A stretch of DNA of 64,000 bases from positions 160,001-224,000 of the forward strand of contig JAXGPA010000003.1 of NCBI GenBank assembly GCA_040767195.1, given 5' to 3'. This document shows, piece after piece, positions 50,153-59,782 of the stretch. The notes beneath the pieces were generated by a model. That model was not told where the DNA came from. It saw only the letters and a list, made by a program, of their open reading frames with translations, and ran no database searches. The translations under genes were made by a program, and so were the position numbers. Each line of letters begins with the position of its first letter. Positions within the stretch are counted from its first letter, which is position 1. The DNA is from Syntrophales bacterium. Lineage in GTDB: Bacteria; Desulfobacterota; Syntrophia; Syntrophales; UBA6807.

Positions 50153-50203
50153 ATCCTAAGGGTTTCAAGGCGTCTCTTCAACCATAAAAAATACCATAAA
50201 AAA
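50153..50203 (-). promoter_or_regulatory. sigma70-like promoter of adh with tandem direct repeat at -35
   Basis: TTGAAG-17bp-TAGGAT on minus strand; ACCATAAAAAA x2 (50181, 50193). Confidence 0.5.
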
Positions 50204-50470
50204 GGGCCTTCCTGGAGACCACAGGGAAAAGACTTGCAAGGGGGCTCTTTTTTTCCTAAATTTCAATGTGGCGGTTCCTGAAAAGTCGAAGCCCCCCCGC
50301 ATCCCGGCGGATCCGCCGGGAGCCCCGGGGGCCGGCGCCCGTATCCCGGGATGGGGAAGGAACCCGTCGGCACGCCCCGGTAAGGGGAAAAAAGGTCGGC
50401 GCCGGGGCGTTCTTCGAAAAGCCGCCACGCACAAAAACCAGTCGTTGACTGATGGGGAGGAGACACAGCC

Positions 50471-50917
50471 ATGGCAGGGCTTATTATCTGGAAAAACGAG
50501 GAATTGAACAAGATGAAAAGAGACCTTGACCGTCTCATGAATCGCCTCCGGGATGAAATGGACGTGTCATTTTTCCCGGGCCTGGTGAAGAAACTCCCGT
50601 CCGTCGACGTGGCGGAAACGGAGCGAACCGTCATCATTCGGGCGGTCCTGCCGGATATGAAGGCTGAGGATCTTCAGGTCTCAGTACACGAAAACTTCGT
50701 GACCATCCGCGGCGAATCGCAAAAGGAATCGCAAAGCAGTGAAAAAAACGTCGTCCGAACAAACAGGGTGCGGAAAACCTTCGAGAGGGTGATCCCTCTT
50801 CCCTGCCGGGTGAACGCCGACGAGACGGAGGCCACGTTCAGTGAGGGTGTCCTCCGCGTCGTTCTTCCCAAGTGCGGACCCGACAGGGCGCGGACCGTGG
50901 AAATCAAGAAACGCTGA
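50471..50917 (+). CDS. Small heat-shock protein (Hsp20/alpha-crystallin)
   Basis: PSVDVAET, LPDM, FERVIPLP, ATFSEGVLRVVLPK. Confidence 0.92.
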   Translation: MAGLIIWKNEELNKMKRDLDRLMNRLRDEMDVSFFPGLVKKLPSVDVAETERTVIIRAVLPDMKAEDLQVSVHENFVTIRGESQKESQSSEKNVVRTNRVRKTFERVIPLPCRVNADETEATFSEGVLRVVLPKCGPDRARTVEIKKR

Positions 50918-50980
50918 AATGGAAACCTTTACCGTCCCGTTATCGCCGGATATCGAAAAGAGAAACGAAGGAGCCTGCTC

Positions 50981-53455
50981 ATGACAGAAAAATATGCCGA
51001 AAAGAAAGTGGCCGCGGAAAAATTGAGATGGTCCCTCGACCCAGCCACCCTGCCCTTCGAAACGACGGACATGATCGAACCGCTGCAGGAGATCATCGGC
51101 CAGGACCGGGGCGTCGAAGCGCTCCGCTTCGGAATCGGCATGAACAAGGAGGGTTACAACGTCTTCGTCACCGGCACCGCCGGATCGGGCCGTCTCTCCA
51201 CGGCGAAAAAGATCCTCGAGGAACTCGTGTCCAAAATGAAGCGGATCCCCGACGATCTCTGCTACGTCAACAATTTCAAAAACACGGAAGCCCCCATCCT
51301 TCTCGATTTCCCGGCGGGACAGGGGAGCCGTTTCAAAAAGGACGTTCACGAGTACCTGGAAACCCTGAAGAGAGAAATCCCCCGGTTTTTTGAAAGCGAG
51401 GATTACCTGAACCGCAAAAAGGAAGTCATGCAGGAATACGAGAACAAGAGCAAAGGGTTTTTCAAGGAACTGGACCGGAAAGTGCGCGAGGAGGGGTTCG
51501 CCCTTGTCGACGTCCAGGTGGGTCAGCTGACCCGCCCCGACGTGGTTCCCCTGATCGACGGCAACCCGACCCACCTGGATCAGATCGAACAGATGGTCGA
51601 GAAAGGTCGTTTCCCCAAGGAGGAATTCGAGGAATTGACGAAAAAGCAGGGGCGGCTCAAGGAGGAAATCAACCAGATCTTCAGGGAGATCCGCGTTCTT
51701 CAGAAGGAAATCCAGGAAAACGTGGAAAAGATGGACCGATACATGTTTCTCAAGGTGGCGGCGGAACTTCTGGCGCCTCTCCGGGAAACCTTTCCCGGTC
51801 CCAAGGTAAAGGCCTGGTTCGACGACTTGACGGAGGAGATGGCGGAGAATCTTCAGGCCTTCATGCCCCGCCCCCAGCAGGTACCCGGTCTTCCCTTTCT
51901 CATCCAGGAAGGGGATCCGCTTCAGCCCTACCGGGTCAACCTGCTCGTCGACAACAGCCACCTGGAAAAACCACCGGTCATCATCGAGTCTTTTCCCACC
52001 TATCGGAATCTTTTCGGCAGCATTGAAAGAGTCCTCGACAGAAGCGGCGTGTGGCGCACCGATTACAGCAGGATCAAGGTTGGGTCTCTCGTCCGCGCCA
52101 ACGGGGGATTTCTCGTGCTGAACCTTCTTGACGCCATCATGGAACCCGGTGTCTGGTCCGCCCTGAAACGCTCTTTGAAAACGAAAAAGATGGAGATCCA
52201 GACATACGATCCCTTCTACATGTTCACCACGACGGGACTGAAGCCCGAACCCATCGACATGGATGTGAAGGTGATCGTCATCTCCGACGCCCATCTCTAT
52301 TATCTTCTTTATGCCTATGACGAGGACGTGAAGAAAATTTTCAAGGTCCGGGCCGATTTCGACACGGCCATGGACAGAACGGAAACGTCCATCCATCAGT
52401 TCAGCGCCTTTCTCCGGTCGAAAACGGCCGAGGAAGGCCTGCGCTCCCTCGACCGCACGGCCGTGGCCGCCGTGGCGGAGCAGGCCGTTCGAATGACGGG
52501 AAGACAGGAAAAAATTTCCACGAGCTTCCCTGCCATAACGGACCTTCTTCGCGAGGCCGATTACTGGGCCGGACAGGCCAATGAACCGGTCGTCCAGTCG
52601 GGCCACGTCGACCGGGCCGTCGAATCGAAAATCTACCGATCCAACCGCGTGGAGAAACACATCCAGGAGATGATCGACCGGGGGACGCTTCTCATCGACG
52701 TCCGGGACAGTGTCGTCGGCCAGGTCAACGGGCTGGCCGTGTTCAACATGGGTGACTTCACCTTCGGCAAACCGTCCCGGATCACCGCCACCACGTCCAT
52801 GGGACGGGCGGGGATCATCAACATCGAGCGGGAGGCCGATCTTTCCGGGAACACGCACAACAAGGGAGTTCTCATTCTCGGAGGGTACCTGAGAAATCGC
52901 TATGCCCAGGACAAGCCACTGACCATCAGCGCCAGCATCGCCTTCGAACAGTCTTACAGCGGGGTCGACGGTGACAGCGCGTCGTCCACGGAAGTCTACG
53001 CCCTCCTGTCGAGCCTGTCCGGTGTTCCCCTCCGCCAGGACATCGCCGTCACCGGTTCCATCAACCAGAAAGGCGAAATTCAGGCCATCGGCGGCGTTAA
53101 CGAAAAAGTGGAGGGGTTTTTCGACTGCTGCCGCCACCTGGGATACACGGGGAAACAGGGCGTTTTGATCCCCGAAAGCAACGTCCGTGACCTGATGCTT
53201 CGAAAGGATGTGGTAAAAGCGGTGGAAGACGGGACCTTCCACATTTACGCCGTCGGGACCGTCGACGAGGGCATGGAGATTCTCACGGGCCTTGAAGCGG
53301 GGCGTAAAGGGTCGGATGGGACCTATCCCGAGGGAACCATCAACGGGCGCGTGGATCAGAAACTCAGGGAACTGGGGGAAGGACTTCGTAAACTGGGGGA
53401 ACCCCCGGAAGAGGAAGGCCGGAAGAGCCGATCTCGAAAAAAGAAGGAAACGTAA
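50981..53455 (+). CDS. LonC-type Lon protease (AAA-like plus Lon protease domain)
   Basis: IIGQDRG, atypical Walker A GTAGSGRL, GQVNGL, DGDSAS (Ser), GGVNEKVEGFF (Lys). Confidence 0.9.
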   Translation: MTEKYAEKKVAAEKLRWSLDPATLPFETTDMIEPLQEIIGQDRGVEALRFGIGMNKEGYNVFVTGTAGSGRLSTAKKILEELVSKMKRIPDDLCYVNNFKNTEAPILLDFPAGQGSRFKKDVHEYLETLKREIPRFFESEDYLNRKKEVMQEYENKSKGFFKELDRKVREEGFALVDVQVGQLTRPDVVPLIDGNPTHLDQIEQMVEKGRFPKEEFEELTKKQGRLKEEINQIFREIRVLQKEIQENVEKMDRYMFLKVAAELLAPLRETFPGPKVKAWFDDLTEEMAENLQAFMPRPQQVPGLPFLIQEGDPLQPYRVNLLVDNSHLEKPPVIIESFPTYRNLFGSIERVLDRSGVWRTDYSRIKVGSLVRANGGFLVLNLLDAIMEPGVWSALKRSLKTKKMEIQTYDPFYMFTTTGLKPEPIDMDVKVIVISDAHLYYLLYAYDEDVKKIFKVRADFDTAMDRTETSIHQFSAFLRSKTAEEGLRSLDRTAVAAVAEQAVRMTGRQEKISTSFPAITDLLREADYWAGQANEPVVQSGHVDRAVESKIYRSNRVEKHIQEMIDRGTLLIDVRDSVVGQVNGLAVFNMGDFTFGKPSRITATTSMGRAGIINIEREADLSGNTHNKGVLILGGYLRNRYAQDKPLTISASIAFEQSYSGVDGDSASSTEVYALLSSLSGVPLRQDIAVTGSINQKGEIQAIGGVNEKVEGFFDCCRHLGYTGKQGVLIPESNVRDLMLRKDVVKAVEDGTFHIYAVGTVDEGMEILTGLEAGRKGSDGTYPEGTINGRVDQKLRELGEGLRKLGEPPEEEGRKSRSRKKKET

Positions 53456-53464
53456 AGGTGCCAC

Positions 53465-53671
53465 ATGAATGAAAAAACAAAAAAGGGCCCTGCCCCTGCC
53501 GTGGCGTTTTCCGGCACGGGAAAGGACGAAGATAAAATTGAAGACGAAAACGTCCGGATCATGGCGTGGATCCTGAGAGACCTCGAGGAAGCGCGACGGT
53601 TCAACAAGGAATGCGACGGAAAGAACGGGGAGACCGCCGGTCCTCGGTACTTCTTCAATGTCTTCATCTAA
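53465..53671 (+). CDS. Small hypothetical protein
   Basis: 68-aa ORF with AAGGTG RBS filling the gap between two co-oriented genes. Confidence 0.4.
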   Translation: MNEKTKKGPAPAVAFSGTGKDEDKIEDENVRIMAWILRDLEEARRFNKECDGKNGETAGPRYFFNVFI

Positions 53672-53695
53672 ACCCCGCTGGCAGGAGAAAAATCG

Positions 53696-56095
53696 GTGAA
53701 AACCTTCGTCACGATCCTGGATCACATGAAGGACGGCTACTTCGAGGTGGACCCGTCGGGGAATATCCACGCCTTCAACACCGCCCTTTGCGAAATAGTG
53801 GGATATGCCGGGGAGGAACTCCTGGGAATGAACATCCGCCGGGTGACCCCGCCCGAGACGACCCGACTGATCCGTCAATACTTTCGTGAAACGATTCTCT
53901 CGGGATCCCCCCCCGCCATGATGGACTTCGACATCATCCGCAAGGACGGGGCGGTGCGGACGGTGGAACTGACCGTTCATCCCGTGGTGAACGAAAAAAA
54001 CGAGCTCGTTTCTTTTCGAGGCCTGGTCCGGGATGTGACGAACCGGAGAAAGGCGGAAGAGGCGCTGAAAAAATCGGAACAGCGCTACCGGACGATCTTC
54101 GAAACCGCCGGGACGGGAATGGCCATCATCGAGGAAGACACGACCGTTTCCATGATCAACCAGGAATTCGAGCGCCTGACGGGATTCGATAAAAACGACA
54201 TCCTCGGAAGGCCGTGGACGGAGTTCGTCGTCTCCCGCGACCTCGAGAGAATGAAGACCTATCACTATTTGAGACGGAGCCACCCGGAAGCGGCTCCAAG
54301 AAGATACGAGCTTTCCCTGGCCGACCGGAACGGCGGGGAAAAGGAAATGATCGCCATGGTGGATCTCATTCCCGGGACGGGCCAGAGCGTGGCGTCTTTT
54401 TTCGACGTGTCCCCCCTCAAGCGGTTGAATCGGGCCCTCGAGGAAAGCGAGAAAAAATACCGTCTCCTCGCGGACAACGTGAACGATGTCATCTGGACTC
54501 TCGATAGAAACCTGATCTACCGTTATGTCAGCCCGTCCGTGGAAAGGATCCGCGGCTACCGGGTGGATGAAATGCTGAATCAGCCTCTTCGGAATTTCCT
54601 CGCCCCCGGTTCCATCGAGACGGGCGAGGCTTTTTTCCACGAGGAAATCGACAGGCAGAGCCCTGACCGGGATATCCGCTACCGGGAACGAAACCTGGAA
54701 GTGGAGGTGACCCGAAAGGACGGCTCCACCATGTGGGTGGAAGTCAAGGTAACCGCCCTCCTTGACGATGAAGGCTTCCCCCGGGAATTTCTGGGAGTGA
54801 CCCGGGACATCACGGAACGCCGCCAGGCCGAACAGGCCCTCCGGGAAAGCGAGGACCGCTACCGGGCTATCGTTCAGGACCAGATGGAACTGGTCAGCCG
54901 ATGGCGTCCCGACACGACGCTTACCTTCGTCAACGACGCCTACTGCCGCTATTTCGGCGAAACGCGGGAAACCCTGCTGGGACAGAGCTTCCTCCACCAC
55001 CTTCCCGATGAGGACCGGGAAAGGTTCGAGCGTCACGCGGCGATTCTCGGCCCCGACAACGTTGTGGAAACCATCGAACACAGGATCATCGACGGGAACG
55101 GCCAAACCCGCTGGCTCCAGTGGACGGACCGGGCCATCGTGGACCGGGCGGGAAAAATCACGGAGATCCAGTCCGTGGGCCGGGACATCACGGAAAGACA
55201 GAAAACGGAAGAAGCCCTGAGAAAATCGGAGCGTCTCCTCGCCGACATCATCAACTTCCTTCCTGACGCCACGCTGGCCATCGACCTGAACGGTAAAGTC
55301 ATTTCCTGGAATCGCGCCATGGAGGAGATGACGGGGGTACCCGCCTCTGACATGCTGGGAAAGGATGACTATGAATACGCCCTGCCCTTTTACGGCCACC
55401 GCAGACCCATGCTTATCGATCTCGTCCTGAAAGAGGACCGGGAAATCGAAAAAAACTACACGTTTCTGCACCGGGAGAAGGACGTTCTCGTCGTCGAGAC
55501 GAATACCCCCTTCATGAAGGGCGCGAATCGCGTCATGTGGGGAAAAGCGAGTCCCATTTATGACGAGGACGGCCATATTGTGGGCGCCATCGAATCCATC
55601 CGGGACATCACGGAAAGGAAGGAAATGGAAGAGGCGCTCAAAAAGCGGGAAAGGGAACTGGAAAACAAATCCCGGTATCTGGAGGAGGCCAATACGGCCA
55701 TGAACGTGCTTCTCAAGCACATCGAAAAAGACAAGGAAGAGATCCAGGAAAACATGCTTGTCAACATGCGGAAGCTTCTTTTGCCCTATGTCGAAAAGAT
55801 CCGCCGGTGTTCCCTGTTACCGGAGCAGGAGGCCTACATCGACATCCTCCAGTCCAACATGGAAAACATCGCTTCCCCTTTTCTGCGGAACATGACCGTG
55901 CGCCATTACAATCTCACGCCGAGAGAAATCGAGGTGGCCCACCTCATCAAAGAGGGAAAGACGACAAAGGAAATTGCCGCCATGCTGAATCTTTCCTCGC
56001 GCTCCGTGGATTTTCACCGGCTGAACATCCGCCGGAAACTGGGGTTTTCCGATCGCCGGAAAAACCTGCGTTCCACGCTCCTTTCCCTCTCCTGA
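53696..56095 (+). CDS. Multi-PAS LuxR-family transcriptional regulator
   Basis: About five PAS/PAC repeats (RDVT/RDITER ends); C-terminal LTPREIEV...GKTTKEIA...FHRLNIRRKLG. Confidence 0.92.
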   Translation: MKTFVTILDHMKDGYFEVDPSGNIHAFNTALCEIVGYAGEELLGMNIRRVTPPETTRLIRQYFRETILSGSPPAMMDFDIIRKDGAVRTVELTVHPVVNEKNELVSFRGLVRDVTNRRKAEEALKKSEQRYRTIFETAGTGMAIIEEDTTVSMINQEFERLTGFDKNDILGRPWTEFVVSRDLERMKTYHYLRRSHPEAAPRRYELSLADRNGGEKEMIAMVDLIPGTGQSVASFFDVSPLKRLNRALEESEKKYRLLADNVNDVIWTLDRNLIYRYVSPSVERIRGYRVDEMLNQPLRNFLAPGSIETGEAFFHEEIDRQSPDRDIRYRERNLEVEVTRKDGSTMWVEVKVTALLDDEGFPREFLGVTRDITERRQAEQALRESEDRYRAIVQDQMELVSRWRPDTTLTFVNDAYCRYFGETRETLLGQSFLHHLPDEDRERFERHAAILGPDNVVETIEHRIIDGNGQTRWLQWTDRAIVDRAGKITEIQSVGRDITERQKTEEALRKSERLLADIINFLPDATLAIDLNGKVISWNRAMEEMTGVPASDMLGKDDYEYALPFYGHRRPMLIDLVLKEDREIEKNYTFLHREKDVLVVETNTPFMKGANRVMWGKASPIYDEDGHIVGAIESIRDITERKEMEEALKKRERELENKSRYLEEANTAMNVLLKHIEKDKEEIQENMLVNMRKLLLPYVEKIRRCSLLPEQEAYIDILQSNMENIASPFLRNMTVRHYNLTPREIEVAHLIKEGKTTKEIAAMLNLSSRSVDFHRLNIRRKLGFSDRRKNLRSTLLSLS

Positions 56096-56193
56096 TACTG
56101 GCATATCACTAGTATATGTTAAGTAATCAATTCGTATTGCATCGCCGGTGAAACCATTTTATACAGAAGCATCTCAACGAGGAGTCAGAATTC

Positions 56194-56397
56194 ATGCAGG
56201 AAGGCCGGGTAAAATGGTTCAACGACCGCAAGGGATATGGTTTCATCGAGATTGAAGATCAGGATGGAGACATTTTCGTCCACTACAACGCCATACAGAT
56301 GGAAGGCTACAAAAGCCTGAAGGGCGGTCAGCGGGTCGTCTTTGAAATGACCGAAGGCAAAAAAGGGCTCATGGCTCTGAACGTGCAGCCCCTGTAG
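56194..56397 (+). CDS. Cold-shock protein
   Basis: VKWFN, KGYGFI, DIFVHY; followed by hairpin 56419-56450. Confidence 0.95.
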   Translation: MQEGRVKWFNDRKGYGFIEIEDQDGDIFVHYNAIQMEGYKSLKGGQRVVFEMTEGKKGLMALNVQPL

Positions 56398-56754
56398 GAC
56401 AATCGGGGAAAAGGAGGGGAGGCATCCCGGGTTTCCGGGATGCCTCTTTCCCGAAATCTTCGGGTTTTCTTTCCCCCTGCATATAACGGCCTATCTTCCT
56501 TCCAATCCTATTTCAGGGGCGGGTGTCACCGTCGGTATACCCGCCCCGTCCACTCACCCTTTATCAAACCTTCGCCCTTGTCCTCCCGCCTGTCCGGTGT
56601 TATTAAATACGGAGGGGTTTCGAAAAATCCGCGGGCGTTTTTCTCTTTCCCGACATGGGGGCGGCAACGTCCCGAAACGCGGGATGGGGATAGCCGGCCC
56701 TGTGTGAATTTGCCAACATCCTTTTTGAGAAACGGCGGGGGCTCAACGAATTTC

Positions 56755-57588
56755 ATGTCCCTGGAGAGCGGCACGAAAATAAACGTTACCGGGAAACGGC
56801 GCCGGGGGAGAAAAAGGTCCCTTTCCCCGTCCGATCTCTTGATGCTTGTCCTTTTCTGTTCCTTTTCAGCCTGGATCCTCTTGGAAGGAACAAGGGGACT
56901 GGGATACCACTGGCAGTGGTACCGGATTCCCCGGTACCTGCTCTTTTACGACAACAACGCGTGGCACCTCGGCCCCCTTCTTCAGGGCCTCGTCGTCACG
57001 CTTCAAATTTCTTCGGTCAGCCTTTTCGTGGCCCTTGCCATCGGGCTTCTCACCGCCCTTTTCCGCCTTTCCGATTCAGTCATGGCCCGGGCGGCAGCCC
57101 GTTTCTACCTCGAGATCATCCGCAACACGCCCCTTCTCATCCAGCTTTTTTTCATCTATTTCGTCATCTCGCCCATCCTGGGGTGGTCCGCCTTTTTTTC
57201 CGCCGTTCTCGCTCTCAGCCTTTTCGAAGGCGCCTATGCGTCGGAAATGATCCGCGCAGGCATCCTTTCCGTCCCCCGGGGACAGTGGGAGGCCTCCCGC
57301 AGCCTCGGCATCGGCACATACCAGACCTACGTGAGGGTCGTTCTCCCCCAGGCCGTCAGGAAGGTTCTTCCCCCCCTCACGGGGCAGGCCGTTTCCCTGG
57401 TCAAGGACTCGGCCCTGGTGAGCACCATCGCCATATACGACCTGACCATGGAAGCCCAGGCCATCGTCGCCGAAACCTTCCTGACCTTCGAAATATGGTT
57501 TACCGCGGCGGCCATCTACCTTTTCATGACTCTTGGGCTGTCCTTTTTCGCCCGTTTTCTCGAACGCCGGTTCAGGCTGGATTATTGA
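56755..57588 (+). CDS. Polar amino acid ABC transporter permease
   Basis: RNTPLLIQ, AYASEMIRAG, GQWEASRSLG, VKDSAL. Confidence 0.92.
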   Translation: MSLESGTKINVTGKRRRGRKRSLSPSDLLMLVLFCSFSAWILLEGTRGLGYHWQWYRIPRYLLFYDNNAWHLGPLLQGLVVTLQISSVSLFVALAIGLLTALFRLSDSVMARAAARFYLEIIRNTPLLIQLFFIYFVISPILGWSAFFSAVLALSLFEGAYASEMIRAGILSVPRGQWEASRSLGIGTYQTYVRVVLPQAVRKVLPPLTGQAVSLVKDSALVSTIAIYDLTMEAQAIVAETFLTFEIWFTAAAIYLFMTLGLSFFARFLERRFRLDY

Positions 57589-57684
57589 CAAGAATAAAAA
57601 GCCCGGTCCATCGTGAAGGAAAAAGGACGGGGCAAAGAAATAAAAAAGATGAAACGGAAACCACGCCAGAGGAGGGGTTAGAAC

Positions 57685-58515
57685 ATGAAAACACGACATT
57701 ATGTCATTGCCGTGGCCCTTGTTGCCCTGATGATTCTCCAGGCCTGGCCCGCCGGGGCCCAAAAAGTCCGGGAGGAACTGGTCAGGGAAAGCACGGTGGA
57801 GCAAGTCCTGAAAAGAGGGGTTCTCAGGGTCGGCCTGTCCACCTTTTTGCCCTGGGCCATGCGTGACAAAAAGGGGAACCTCATCGGTTTTGAAGTCGAC
57901 GTGGCCCGCCGTCTCGCCGATGACATGGGGGTCAAGGTGGAGTTTGTCCCCACCAAGTGGTCGGGCATCATTCCGGCCCTTCTGACAGGCAAATTCGATG
58001 TCATCATCGGGGGCATGGGTATTCGCCCGGACCGGAACCTGAAAGTCAACTTTTCCATACCCTATGATTACGCCGGCATGTCACTGGTCGCCCACCGGGA
58101 ACGGGCGGCGGGCTTCAGCAGGCTGGAGGATTTCAACAGGCCGGATGTACACATCGCCGCGCGGATCGGGACAACGGCGGTGACGGCGATCAAAAAACAC
58201 CTTCCCCTGGCGGGGCTCCGGCTTTTCGATGATGAATCCCAGGCGGTCCAGGAACTTCTCAACGGGCGGGTACACGCCATGGTCTCCCAGGCTCCCCTGC
58301 CCGCTTTCCAGGCCATTCGGAATCCCGACCGGCTCTTTCTCCCCCTGAAGGGGAACTTCACGAGAGAGCCCAACGGTTTTGCCGTGAGAAAAGGGGACGT
58401 GGACACGCTCAACTTTTTCGACAACTGGATCCGTGTCGTTGAAGCGGAGGGATGGATCGAGGAAAAACGGCACTACTGGTTCGAGACCCGGGACTGGGAA
58501 CCCCTGATTCAATAA
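57685..58515 (+). CDS. Polar amino acid ABC transporter substrate-binding protein
   Basis: Signal peptide; GFEVDVA, WSGIIPALLTGKFD. Confidence 0.92.
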   Translation: MKTRHYVIAVALVALMILQAWPAGAQKVREELVRESTVEQVLKRGVLRVGLSTFLPWAMRDKKGNLIGFEVDVARRLADDMGVKVEFVPTKWSGIIPALLTGKFDVIIGGMGIRPDRNLKVNFSIPYDYAGMSLVAHRERAAGFSRLEDFNRPDVHIAARIGTTAVTAIKKHLPLAGLRLFDDESQAVQELLNGRVHAMVSQAPLPAFQAIRNPDRLFLPLKGNFTREPNGFAVRKGDVDTLNFFDNWIRVVEAEGWIEEKRHYWFETRDWEPLIQ

Positions 58516-58540
58516 ATTTACTCCCGGAAAAGGACGAGCC

Positions 58541-59449
58541 GTGACAAAAAGACGAATCAGGATCGGTCTCCTCGACGGCATCATCCTGGCCGGTGTCGTC
58601 CTTGCCGCTTGTTATCTGTTCTTCAAGGTGCGGACGGGGATGGCCTACCACTGGAACTGGTCGGTCATCCCTCAATACCTTTTCCGTTACGACGCGGACC
58701 GGGAGCGGTGGGTGGCCAACCTTCTCATGGAGGGGTTCTTCACCACCCTGCGCCTGAGCGTCTGGGTCATGATCCTCGGAACGCTCCTGGGAACGATCAT
58801 GGGGCTTTTACGAGTGGCTCCGGGGCTCTTCGGGCGGTTTGTCGCAACAACCTACGTGGAGCTCCTTCGGAACATGCCCCCTCTCGTTCTCGTGTTCATT
58901 TTCTATTTCTTCATCGGGGACCGGATCTTCACCGCCCTCGGCACGGATGAATTCATCCGAAGCGTCTCGGAAGGCACGGGGGAAATCGTCGGGTTCCTTT
59001 TCGCCCCCCCGGCCCGGTTCTCCGCCTTCGTTTCCGGAATCATCACCCTCGTTCTCTACGAAGGGGCCTACATCACCGAAATCGTCCGGGGAGGGATTGA
59101 GTCGGTCGAGAAGGGGCAGCAGGAGGCCGCTGACGCCCTCGGGTTTTCCTGGGGCCAAAAAATGCGCCACATCATCCTGCCCCAGGCCTTTCAGAGAATT
59201 CTCCCGCCTCTTGCCGGTCAGCTTATTTCCGTCATCAAGGACTCGGCCATCCTGTCCGTCATATCCATCCAGGAACTGACCTTCCAGGGTCTCGAACTCA
59301 TGGCCGCCACGTACCGCACCTTTGAGGTCTGGATCACCATAACGGCCCTTTATTTCCTCCTGACCTTTTCCTGTTCTCTCCTGGTGAGACGGCTGGAGCT
59401 TCGGGTGAACCGCGGCGGCACCGTCTCAGGCGGCATTCTTCGGCATTAA
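58541..59449 (+). CDS. Polar amino acid ABC transporter permease
   Basis: RNMPPLV, AYITEIVRGG, GQQEAADALG, IKDSAI. Confidence 0.92.
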   Translation: MTKRRIRIGLLDGIILAGVVLAACYLFFKVRTGMAYHWNWSVIPQYLFRYDADRERWVANLLMEGFFTTLRLSVWVMILGTLLGTIMGLLRVAPGLFGRFVATTYVELLRNMPPLVLVFIFYFFIGDRIFTALGTDEFIRSVSEGTGEIVGFLFAPPARFSAFVSGIITLVLYEGAYITEIVRGGIESVEKGQQEAADALGFSWGQKMRHIILPQAFQRILPPLAGQLISVIKDSAILSVISIQELTFQGLELMAATYRTFEVWITITALYFLLTFSCSLLVRRLELRVNRGGTVSGGILRH

Positions 59450-59458
59450 CGAAGAAAA

Positions 59459-59731
59459 TCAGACGAACGTTATTTCCAGTCCTGGAAATTCTTGCCCGAA
59501 TTCCTTTTCCATATTTTTAAGGATCGTCGCCGACAGGGCCATGGCAATGCCCGCGCAGGTCACGCAGCCGGGCCTGTGGCTTCCGAAATCCGTAAAAACG
59601 TACAAGACCCCGGGGTCGGCGCTGTAACGGACTTTCTTCACGATCCCCAGCTGCGCCACGGACAGCCCGCTCTCGGGATCCTTCACCCTCTCCAGAACCG
59701 CTTCGATCCGGGCGATCATGCCCGCTTCCAT
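59459..59731 (-). CDS. DUF59/SufT-like Fe-S assembly domain protein
   Basis: LERVKDPESGLSVAQLG and CVTC. Confidence 0.7.
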   Translation of the reverse strand: MEAGMIARIEAVLERVKDPESGLSVAQLGIVKKVRYSADPGVLYVFTDFGSHRPGCVTCAGIAMALSATILKNMEKEFGQEFPGLEITFV

Positions 59732-59782
59732 GGACTCTTTCAAGGTGTGGACCTCCCTTTCTTACGTTTTGAGCCCGACCTT

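Noticed and set aside
50681..55720. 1679-aa minus-strand ORF
   Set aside because: Antisense shadow of hsp20, lonC and the PAS-LuxR gene; no recognisable motifs; GC-rich codon bias depletes antisense stops
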